This document shows positions 9,601 to 20,019 of a stretch of DNA of 33,834 bases, piece after piece; the stretch's first letter is position 1, and each line of letters opens with the position of its first letter. The notes below the pieces were generated by a model. The model searched no databases. It saw only the letters and a program-made list of their open reading frames with translations, and had not been told where the DNA came from. The DNA comes from Trichosphaerium sp. ATCC 40318. Its lineage: Eukaryota > Protista > Tubulinea. The stretch lies in assembly GCA_038496445.1 (NCBI GenBank), contig JALMLS010000238.1:1-33834 (forward strand). The letters are read 5' to 3'. Position numbers and translations under genes: made by a program.

Positions 9601-12030
9601 CCCTCTAGACCAACCATGTAACTTATTCACATACCTATCCTTTAGTAGTATTATAATATACTTGCGACTTGATGAAGGTCTGATACCACGAATAAAGGTA
9701 GGTTCTGAGTCACTTTTTCGTATGTCTCTGACTTTACCAGTTCGAAGATCTATTAATTGAACACGGTTTCGGTACATGCCACGATCAACACTCTCAGTTG
9801 TAAAAGAAACAACAGAATGATCATCTATCCAACGAACGCCACGTACAGCTTTATCACGTGATAGCATAAAACACTTCCTGAAGCAAAAGAGTAAGTAAAC
9901 GACTAAAAGTCATTCACAGAACAACAAAATGTTTTTCCAAGTTGATCAAAAGGCTGGATTTAAAAAACGTACAATATCTCTGATTTTAACATATCAACTG
10001 TGTATAACGTGCCCATATGAGTTCCCAACGCTACAACACCCATTTGGAATGGGCTTACCTACAAAAAATCCGAAATTTAGTTTAAAGTCAAGAATAATTC
10101 AACTACGTACAGAAAGAGAACTGATGGTTGCAGAAATAGTAGGAATACCAGTAGATATAGCCATACTAAATTTATTATCTTGTACTTCAAGGTCAGTAAC
10201 CCAACTACCAAAGAATAAGCAAAGCTTTCAAAAAAAAAACATCTTTAGAACAAAACGCCATGCTGGCCGTTTTAGCTATTTTAACGCACCAAGTACCATC
10301 ATTACATATTGCCGCAATACTGTACTCATTTATCATTCCATTTGCAATACCAAAAATACCTTACATAGATAAATAAGACCAACTAAACTTCAAAAGTGAC
10401 GCACTTTTTTTTCTTCCTTGTTTATTGTAGCGTGTCAAGTCAACTTGTGACTTAAAAGAGTAGCTGTATGTTCCCTGTGAACGTTGCCAAGCAGTTATAC
10501 TAACGTAAAATAATTAGTAAATCTTTCACAGACACTAAAATCGAAGATGCCGATAAACCTGCGTCACGAGAACAACACAAAACAAAAAAAAATAACATTT
10601 GGAATTAACGAGCGTGTGTAAGTACCTGTCATCCTTGTGTAAGCAAAAAATTGTGCCGTGCTTTTCACGACATAAAATCATCTGTCTAAACGGAGTCCGA
10701 CCTCTGTCAATACCAATAGACCTATCAAAACATCAGAATATTGGAAATTTGAAAATTTAACAAAAAAAGAAAAATGACAGGACATAGCTTGTAAACAAAT
10801 TGCTGATGTTCTAAAACCATTTTTTCGTACCCAATGGCTTGGTGTATAGTCAAATCAAAGACTAGAATACGCCTCTCAAGCAAAAAATACAAAATGTTTC
10901 GAGCATGTGGAGAAAACATCATCTCTTTAAAATCTTTGTCAGCTGTCGTAGATCTACACAATTTATTAGCACACACTTATTACTACTGCTCAAACAAGAC
11001 ATTTTGAACGCGGAAAAATCTACACAGAGCTTACGCTCTAGACATAGAAAACTCAAAGTTTTGTTATCACTAAAACAAAATCTAAACAGATATTCACTTA
11101 CTTTGATTTAGCAGAGCCATTTATCCTATATTTCAGCTCTACCTGCTTTGGTTGTGTATCAGGATCGAAGTCTAAATATGTACGTCAATAAAATACCTTA
11201 CTAATTAGTAACAACACGTCAAAAAGTGTCAAAGACAATTGACATTGAGACTTGATTGTACAAAACAAAAAAAAATTGGTTAACGTGCCACGTATAAAAT
11301 AAATCCATCCTTGGTTTGTTGCAATGCACACGTGACTTACATCATACGGATTAAAAGACAAAGATATTATAGGCTCTGGAAACTCACGTTTCCAAATCTA
11401 AAAGAATTGTAAGGCAAACAAGAACCGGAAGAAGCTGATTTTTTCAAAAAACTCTGAAAAAAAAAACCAAAAAAAAAAATATTTTGTGCTGTAAAAACGT
11501 ACTAATTTACTTGTTCGTGTACTCCATACGGCCAATGTAAATGGTTGATGTATAGCAACTAGTACGCCTGGTTTTTTAGGATGCCACGCTAAATCGCGTA
11601 TTGGGTTCTCGCGACCTTTGTCTAAGGGGACGTTATGAGTTTAATAGCGAATTTTAGCGCAAATAGAGCGTTTACCGTTCAAAGAGCAAACAACGCTCGC
11701 TTCTACGACATTCCAAACTAATATTGCTCCACCAGCATCCCCGGAAGCCAGTAGTAACTGGTAGTGCTGATCGAGGTCCAAACTCAAATTTTCATTTGCC
11801 CTTTGCGTTCAAATAAGCTAATACAATTTGTAGAAGCCTTATACGTACCATTTAAGCTTTACTACAGGATGTGTATGCGCGTCTAACGTCTGAACTATTT
11901 TACCGCTAATAGGGTCTACCACTACGACGTATGATTGGCTTCCGTATGCTAATAAGTTCTGCCATCCCCAATCAAGTGCTCCTTTGTTGGCATCTTGCAA
12001 CGGCCCTGGAAATATTTTAAACACTGACAT
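6608..12030 (-). CDS. WDR11: WD repeat-containing protein 11 ortholog, roughly 25 introns
   Basis: N-terminus NKGALDWGWQNLLAYGSQSYVVVVD matches the WDR11 signature. Also VRGVRW, IDLRTG, IRPSSSRKYIIILLKD, and C-terminal QLERAKLHE and LLLGNKEKAI. Confidence 0.95.
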
Positions 12031-12151
12031 TGCGGACAATTCAAGCGGTAGGTGTCATTAATTGTACTCGTTGCAAATATAAGTGCGACTTTCGGAGCAA
12101 AAGTCACAGTCAAAAAGTCGTACAAAGTCTTTTCGCTGAGTGTAACGTCAG
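12031..12151. promoter_or_regulatory. Compact bidirectional promoter between WDR11 and ZNF593
   Basis: Only 121 bp separate the divergent ATGs at 12030 (-) and 12152 (+). Confidence 0.7.
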
Positions 12152-12883
12152 ATGGGTAGGTATAAACCGCAAAAGCACGGTAAACGATTTCGTACTAAAA
12201 GGAAGACGAAAGGTGAGGTTTTAAAACATTTAAGCCAAAAATTACACTTTTTTCTCACAACCGAATAATCGCCGTTTATTTAATACTAGACCTTGACGAG
12301 TGCTGGGATGATATGCACGACGAAAAACGACGAACACGCCTTTCTGATCAGCCAATAAACCCTGAATTGCCTGGAAAAGGACAGCATTATTGTATTCCTT
12401 GCGCGTATGTAACTTGTAAAACGTTTTGCAGCTTATAATTATTTAGACGCCATTTTATCAGCGAAAAAGCAATGTCTACGCACCTAAAAGACAAAAAACA
12501 CAAACGAAGGTACAAATCAGCGATTTTTTATTTATTCCAATTCCACTTTTTCAAACAAGGCGCTCTATACCCTCAAAGACCCTTAAAGCACCATAACAAC
12601 ACACTTATACATGTTATTCTACTTTGAACAAATGGTTGCCTTCGTTGCACTTTCGGGACTCAGTAATAGTCCATTTCGACTCCTTCGTCGCATACTTTTG
12701 CGTCTATATGTATATCAGGGATCTTACTTTTTTGTCTTGCCTTCCTGTGTAGTCGACATCGAACTTATCTATTTTACCCTTAGGGCAAAACAACTTATTG
12801 TCAAGCCGTACCATTTCGATGATTACAATCCTAAACCCCCTGATAATGGTCCAAAGCTAAACAGAAGACCAGGACAATGTTAG
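12152..12883 (+). CDS. ZNF593: ZNF593/Bud20 C2H2 zinc-finger ribosome-biogenesis factor, 4 exons
   Basis: Spliced translation: MGRYKPQKHGKRFRTKRKTK-DLDECWDDMHD...INPELPGKGQHYCIPCA-RHFISEKAMSTHLKDKKHKR-RAKQLIVKPY...PDNGPKL. Confidence 0.92.
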
Positions 12884-13380
12884 ATTCCCTAGGTTTTTTT
12901 TTCTGATCTCCCAGCGTATCGGCGTACAAAACGTCACCCAAAATGCCATAAAAAAATTGTTACCTGTAAAATAAAAACATCATCCTTCACTGTGACCTCT
13001 ACCGTAGGGTGTTACTTATTTATGTTTTCCTGCTAGAGTTTGAAATATCAACTACATATTCTGGGCGGTTTAGCATTGTTGGCATTGATAGGATACGTAA
13101 ATCTTGAGCGCTTCTTTTATGGGAAGCTGAATACAGAAAACGTGAAAGAGCGTCGGTTCAGAGTACATTCACGTGACATTCATGTTTTCGCCGACCGAAA
13201 CGAACAGAACGAGCTATGTTTTTTTTTCCATGGTGTAATGTAGTTGTGGTTAAGCCTGGGTTATTTAGATGCATCATGCATTTTGGGGAAACAAAAACAA
13301 TGTGAACGACCGTTTATTGAATATTAGGGAAACGACATAAAACACAACTGAACTTCAAAAATATATTGAAACTACTAACG

Positions 13381-13941
13381 ATGCACCTCATCACATTATT
13401 TGTAATCACTTTCGCTGCTTTATCTTTCGGTACAGAGCCTTTTTCAAGTGCTAGTCTTTTTTGCCATAAACTGTTTGTTATCTAAAAGCCTATTAGCCCA
13501 ACCGATAGATCCTTGTACTGATGGTAATTGCCCCATAAGAAATTGCCCTAGCACTGTTACATGTTTCGTCCCACCTTGCCTCGGAAAGACATGTCCAAGA
13601 TATCCTCAAGCAGAGTGCTGTGATATTTACTGCGCTACTACACCTTGTACGATAGATCTTTGTTTTTCTGTTTTATTCGAAGTAACATTAAAAATATAGG
13701 TGCCCACGAGTTTCATATTGACGGCCGTCCTGTCGACTGCGACTGCCCTTGTGGTGTAGTACAATGCCTAAAAGATCCATGTGAAGATGCTGTATGCCGA
13801 AATGCAAGGGCTTGCTGTGTATCTGACTATTGTGGTACGTAGACTTTGTTTATTTGTATTGCGAATCATACCAACACTTCTTCAGGCGGATGCAATGCTA
13901 GATGGTATGTTGGTGATGTTGAAGTAACAAACACGTGCTAG
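13381..13941 (+). CDS. Small secreted cysteine-rich protein with two repeats, 4 exons
   Basis: Signal peptide MHLITLFVITFAALSFA. Repeats CFVPPC...CPRYPQAECCDIYC and CLKDPC...C..CCVSDYCGGCNARWY. Canonical introns. Confidence 0.85.
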
Positions 13942-14059
13942 TGTAGTTAAATAAAACCTCTATCAAGTCTTTCTCATCGATATTCATTGCGTTTGACCCA
14001 CTCGTTGTTGGTTCTATAATTTTGGCTATCTTACTTGGGTAGGAGCTGTTGTTTTTCTA

Positions 14060-14610
14060 ATGCAGTCCGTTTCCAACTATGAACAAACAAAACCACAGTG
14101 GTATCATTGCCGAACAGAGTGGCCAAGAGTGTTTGTTGATAGTCTGAGTGAGTCCATTAACGGTGAAGGTAGGTTCAAACTAAAACGCAATGTTAAGCGT
14201 CTTTTCTCAGCAACCAATTTCGCTGGTCAAAGAGTCAGTTGTTTGTAGAGGAGCGCTTTTAGACTACTGCCAGTGAAAAGATTAACTTGTATGTAGCCAG
14301 ATTCAACACAGGATCACAGCTACCTATAATTGCATCTTTCTTTGTTGAGGGTGTGCGCAAACTTGACAAAATTGTACAACGAAAGTCGTTAAGTTGGAGT
14401 GTAGCTAAACTTCCTAATTAAGCTGTAGGTTCAATGAATCCAAGCAGTGTCATCAATTGAACGTTGCAGACGCTTTAGTATTCATTGGTAGGCACCTATG
14501 TCAGATGTAGAAATTTGTAGCGCAGACAGCTACAGTATGGACCCTGAAGATGATGAATTGGATATGTTTGGGCTTGGCAATGGCGAAGAGCTTGGAAACA
14601 AAGTTTTTTA
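14060..14610 (+). pseudogene. Possible degenerate spliced gene remnant
   Basis: Exon-like blocks are bounded by ag/gt sites (gaag|gtaggt, gagg|gtgtgc, ttg|gtaggc) and include an in-frame stop. No family recognised. Confidence 0.25.
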
Positions 14611-16629
14611 GTTTAGTTCACGTTTATACTTCAAGAGTTTTACACGTTCTGCAAGTGAGAATCCTAAGTCTTTTAATATGGACCCAGTAATATCATCTAT
14701 ATCTGCTTCAGCTTCTTTTAGGAGAATGGAAAGTTCTGAAGATCTTTTTTTATCTATCCCTGCTCTTTCTAGAATATCTTGCCAATCACCGTTTACGTTG
14801 GGACTGTATTGAGTGTATACATTATCATCAAGCGGATTATGAATTAGATAGGAATCCTTGAAAGGAGCATCAATAGGAAAAAATACAGTCAAAAAACGAG
14901 GGAGGTACATTTGCTATAGAACCAAAAGATCTATGAGAATCACGCCAAGACATATTTGTAAGCATTTGAGACATATTAGGTATGCTTCTGTCAACGTTAG
15001 GAACATTAGGAGGTTCATCATCACCAAGTGTAACCTAAACAAAGATAAATACAAAACTTTTATCACGTATTTTCTTTAAATTCCCCGTACATCACAAGGA
15101 CTACTTGAATTACTAGCGGATGTTGAGTGTTCGTTTTTGGTGTCTTTGTTCGCCACATGATTCATCGCTCTCTGTATGGCTTCTTCAATAGCATACTGAT
15201 CTTCTGGTTTGTTTCCAAATTTATGCTTTTCGAGATCATCGCTTGCCCAATATTCCTTTGAAATGTACTTATCTTCAGGATGATCCTTGATACCCCAAAA
15301 TACATCACGTGACTCTCTTTTAGCTGTAATATTCTCGCTCTTCCCCTTGTCTACTGTGTCATACTGTTTAGGCTCAACAATCACTTCTTGTTGGGCGTAT
15401 TCAGCAGTACTTGTTGCTGGTATTACATCCTACACAGCAAATTAGTAAAAGTATAAGCCTTGAGGTGTAAACTGATCACTGACTTTTAAGATAGGTACTA
15501 AATTTGAATAAGGGCTTACCTCTGTTATTTTGAAACGTATAGTCTGTTGTGTAGCTTGGCCATAATTGTTGAGTCCTGTCATTCTTAAAGTTCCGTCTCC
15601 CATAACAGTAATAGAATGATCATACTTTGAGCAATGCGCCAAACAAAAACTGCCTTCCTCTTGAAAGAACTGAGATTGTTGCGGAACCTTGGTGGTGTAG
15701 TAGTTATCTATCTCTAGACCCCATCTATATAATGTACCATCCTTACAAAGAGCGAAAGATGATTTGGATCCAGCAGATAAAGAAACAATTTCCGATTTTA
15801 TTCCGGAAATTATTCCAAGCCGATTCTCGTTTCCTCTTCCTAGTTGACCAAACGTATTATTACCAAAAGATATTATAGTATTATCTTGTGTTAATAAAAG
15901 GCAATGAGGATAAGCAGAGTTTCCGATGGCTATATCTATTATACTCTCAGTAAAAGGTAACTGACGTATCTTTTTCTGTGATGTGAATTGAAGACTTGTA
16001 TCGTCTCCCCATATAAAAGCACACTTGTTTTCTGATAGAGCAAGAACATGTCTTAGACTTGGTGTTACTTTGATAATATGAGAAAGACCAGGTATCTGTT
16101 GAGGAGACGTTACTTTCTTCGACTGAAAAGCATATCCCAAAATGGAAAACTCGTTGGGTCCCCATGAGAAGACAAACCCTTTTTTAGACACAGCAAAGCT
16201 AGATACACTAGCGCTTACTGTAGATATACCCTTCAACGAAGGAACTATCGTTGGTATCCTTATAGACCTAGAATGGCCAAGTCCAAGCTCGCCGTGGTTG
16301 TTTTTTCCCCAAGAATAAACTCTTCCGTTTGAGCAAACAGCTAAGCTATGATGCGATCCAGCTGATATGCACGTGACTTTTACAAGAGATTTTATAGGCG
16401 TTATCGATACTAACTTCAATAGAGCGTTTATAGGAGAAGCTACAGCGTTTGGCTTTGTTCTGAAGCCTTGAAGGAATCTATTTGCGAAAGATTTACCGAG
16501 TTGACCATATTCGTTTCTTCCCCAGCTATACACGCGCCCATCGTCACCAATTACCATTGAAAAATGCTTTCCAGTTGCTATTCTATGACATAACTTCGTT
16601 TGGGCCTTGTCGATGCTGTTGTTGGCCAT
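14608..16629 (-). CDS. RCC1-repeat beta-propeller protein with a linker and a C-terminal SAM-like domain, 4 exons
   Basis: RCC1 repeats VYSWGRNEYGQLG, VYSWGKNNHGELG and ISFGNNTFGQLG. Donor GAG|gtaagc, branch point tactaat and acceptor tgtag|GAT join the 15076 and 14608 ORFs in frame. Tail WQDILERAGI...ILKDLGFSLAERVKLL is SAM-like. Confidence 0.85.
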
Positions 16630-16717
16630 TCTCGGCTAAATCACGTTATTTTCAACGCTGTGAAGCTGAAGCGACGGTTGTAGTTTCCGTTTTTTTGATT
16701 ACCAAATATTTGAGATG

Positions 16718-16843
16718 AGACGGCGTGAATGTTAAGTGGAGCGTAGATACATGATAACGTGGCTTCTACTACCTTCAGCAGGTAAATTATGTTATCACGT
16801 GTTTTTTTTTGAGAATTCCGCAGACTCGAAAACCTGTGAGCAT
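16718..16843 (-). repeat. ~120 bp module, inverted copy of 23992-24108
   Basis: Its reverse complement shares a 32 bp identical start (atgctcacaggttttcgagtctgcggaattct), cacgtgataacataattt and a 24 bp identical end (ctccacttaacattcacgccgtct). Confidence 0.92.
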
Positions 16844-16888
16844 CCCAGAATTTCTCGTTACACCAACCAAACAGGAAGCGACAAAAAA

Positions 16889-17165
16889 GATGACGCTTGA
16901 AAGTATTGGTAGGAGTTCACAATTGGCTTGGAGGGCTGTGAATCAATTGCAGATGAGATTATCAAAGCACTGGTAGGTAGCAGATGATGGTATAAATGCA
17001 TTGGCTGGAGTACACACGTCAACTGTTGACTTGAGCCAATGCAATTCAATAACAGATAAAAGCATTAGCTGGTGTACATGAAATTCTTTCAGCAGTTGGC
17101 TATTAACTTGGAAAGTTGTACAGTAATAAATGGTATCAAAACATTGGCTAGTGTACATTCCGTGT
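16889..17165 (+). pseudogene. Decayed leucine-rich-repeat gene fragment (DxGIxALxGVHT.DLSxC type)
   Basis: Five repeats broken by a stop and frameshifts: DDA*KVLVGVH, EGCESIADEIIKALVG, DDGINALAGVHTSTVDLSQCNSITD, KALAGVHEI, INLESCTVINGIKTLASVH. Confidence 0.7.
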
Positions 17166-17427
17166 TTGCTGCAAAGGACATTGGGCCTGCAGGATTGCTG
17201 GTACATGCGCGAGATACTAATACACAAATCTAATAATAATAGGTAATAATTGAATAATCTGTCGTTTGTGAACTACAGCTAGAGGCTACAGCACAATTAA
17301 CATCAGTGTAACGAAAGACTAGGGTGTGCCTGTCAAACAGCGGGTTTTTTTCTCTTAAAACAGCAAGCCTAAGTGGTATTCGCTTATTTTATTGTATTAC
17401 AATGATAAGATGAAGCGGCGGTGGATT

Positions 17428-19426
17428 TTATAACTGCATAGTAGTACTGATAGTGTTAAAAGATAAGTCTCCTTCAGATGATTCTTTCTTTGGTTTTTCT
17501 CGAATTGCAGATATTTGAAGGATACTGACAAGTGTTAGAGATGTCCAGTAAAGCAGACCAAATATTATATCTACCCATGGATAGTATAAGTTAAATACGG
17601 AAGGAATAAATCCAAATGCATAAATGAATATAAAGACTGCGCTGGACATGAGCTGTATTGTTAGCTACACAAATAATAAGCAAAAAGTAAGTTAAGTCTG
17701 TTTGTAAATTAAAAAATCTGTCGTTTGTGGGTTGAAACTAAATCTTAGGGTGTATGGAGTTTAGTAGATATTAAAGTATGAAGTTGTGTAGTAGTTCAGA
17801 TGTTTCAAAATAGCTTCTTGTTATTTGTATTGAAAAAATACTGCTTTGTAGTTGTGTACGTACCAATCTTATTGTTTTGAGAGTTTCTGATTTACTTGCA
17901 ATTTCATCTTTTAGTTTATTCAAGCGCTTGAGTACAAAGTATCCTGTGATAAGCAAGTAACATGCTGAAGATATAGAAGCAAGGAACAAGACAGCTTCAA
18001 AAATATAGTACAGAGCGTTGAAAATATAAAGCAAGAAAAGGGTTACTCCCAATACTTCAAGCAATACAAGTAGAGCTACAACAACAATGCTTGGTATAAA
18101 AAACTTGTCAATGTTGTATTTATCACTTTGAAAGGTGTTGGCATTCAGGATAATTTCATGCCTAGGACACTTTAAAAAAAACCAAAGCCTTTTTTTCTTG
18201 TTGTAATTCTTATTGTGCTTTTTCACGTGGCTAAAAATGTAAACTCTAGTATTTAGTGGTTTACGTACCAGTAGAATGCAATCAAAACTGTCGTTGCAAG
18301 TGATAAAGACACAAATCCGAAGAGCATAATCAAGTGGATAGGTATTGGAAAGATTCTTCTTGCGAATGGCGGATCAATGATAATGTAAATACCCCTTATT
18401 GTGTTTGCAAAGACTTCAATGTAAAGACATGCCAAGGGAGGTGTTAGTTGTAAACCTTGAGGAAGCTTTGATATTATGTATATCTTTCTACAAGCCAAGA
18501 AAGTTGCAAAAAGACAAAGGGACCCAACAACAATCGACAACAGCGTCTAAACAATTAACGTCATAACTTGTTAGAGGTAATGTTATAAACATACACTCCC
18601 ATACAGTCTGCTGGTCTTCCACGGATTTGGATCTATTTAAAACTTAAATGGTGCTAGCATAGGTACCCCTATACTGGTAGCTCGTACCATTGCTATAAAG
18701 AGTGACATTAAACTCTTGATAATTGCCATTTATTTCCAAGTTAATATCTACAATTTTCATTGAAAATTCAGCACCAGCAGCCTCTACAGCTGGAATGTGA
18801 GGCAGATTTCCTGGCGACTCAATACGACTTAATCTAACATAATTGTATGCGCCTGGTACATCTGCAAGAAAACGGGTTTAGAGGAGAAATTCTTAGCTGC
18901 TATTACTTACAAAACTCAGTAGCATGTAAGACAATAGCTTTAGCTCCACGTAGGTACACGTCTCTAACTGTATAACCCCATTTTCTTTCATCTTCTAACA
19001 ACACAATCTTGCCACTGACATTCGGGTGCTTTACGCCGACAAGAACGCCTACAACACTAGATTATGCCACAAGTACTTCTTAGCTTTGACTGCTAAAGTA
19101 ACAAAAACTGTCGCGGTTTTAAGCTCTACGCCACTCTACACTTGACGTAATACGCGACTACTTAATCACGTGATAAAACACGTGATATTGTAATTAAGTA
19201 ATAATCGAGCGTACCATTGATTGTACTTGATCGCCATGAATCTCTTGAGAGCCACGATATGTTTGGAGTATCGAAAAGCACTTTAGAAACGAATTAGAAA
19301 CAATTTTTATTTTGTATTTGAATCAAATTGCGTTATTGTATTGTACATACGTTCAGTATTGTTTCCATGTATAATGAGTGCGGTAACTCCTGAAATAAAT
19401 AAATAGACCTTAAACACGTGATGCAT
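17428..19426 (-). CDS. Signal peptide + PA (protease-associated)-like domain + 7 TM helices; GPCR-like membrane protein, multi-exon
   Basis: Start MHHVFKVYLFISGVTALII. PA-type motifs NVSGKIVLL and RGAKAIVL. DPNPW linker, then seven hydrophobic segments across ORFs 18253, 17771 and 17428. Confidence 0.8.
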
Positions 19427-20019
19427 TGAACAACTAAAACAGGAAGGTGCTAGAGACGGACCGGTCGTAACCAGTCAATAAGCTGCTCATTTCACGTAAA
19501 AGGTCGAAAAACACTTAAAAACTGGACCAATACAGTTGTGGCCGTTTTCACGTAAAAGGACTGTACATGCTGTGAGCAAAAAACTGAACAACTATTCTAC
19601 AGAATTCTCAAAACTAGGAGAACAATAGGTGGAGAAATAGTGGTCTTATGAGAACAACGTACCACAAAATTTTGACTCGACTTCAGTCGTTTAACAACAC
19701 TATAGTCATTGGCAAATTCCATTTACCATCAAAGGGATAGATACATGCGTTCTAACTGTCAACAGTGTCTGTATTGTTGAACACATTGTATTTAGTCTTA
19801 TTATAGGCACAAATTACTCAGCGATTGTACAGTGAGAATATGCTCACTGCACATTATTCTAGAGCAGAACTCATACTTAGTGAAAATGACGAAATACATA
19901 TGGAGCCATTAATAAATAAGGGTGATTCTAAACAGTTATAGTAGGTGCCAATACACTGTGTTAAGCAACATGAATATTTGGCAACATTAACTGACAAAGC
20001 TAATCTTAGTGTTTTATTC

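Noticed and set aside
8117-11111. Plus-strand ORFs 8117, 9929 and 10905
   Set aside because: They are antisense shadows of WDR11 exons.
11172-11200. Second AG|GT inside a WDR11 intron
   Set aside because: The remaining piece is only 25 nt, shorter than other introns here.
12611-12783. N-terminal part of ORF 12611-12883
   Set aside because: It lies in ZNF593 intron 3; only 12784-12883 is exon.
13232-13290. tRNA-like 5' sequence ggtgtaatgtagttgtggttaagc
   Set aside because: There is no T-arm GTTC(G/A)A and no acceptor-stem partner.
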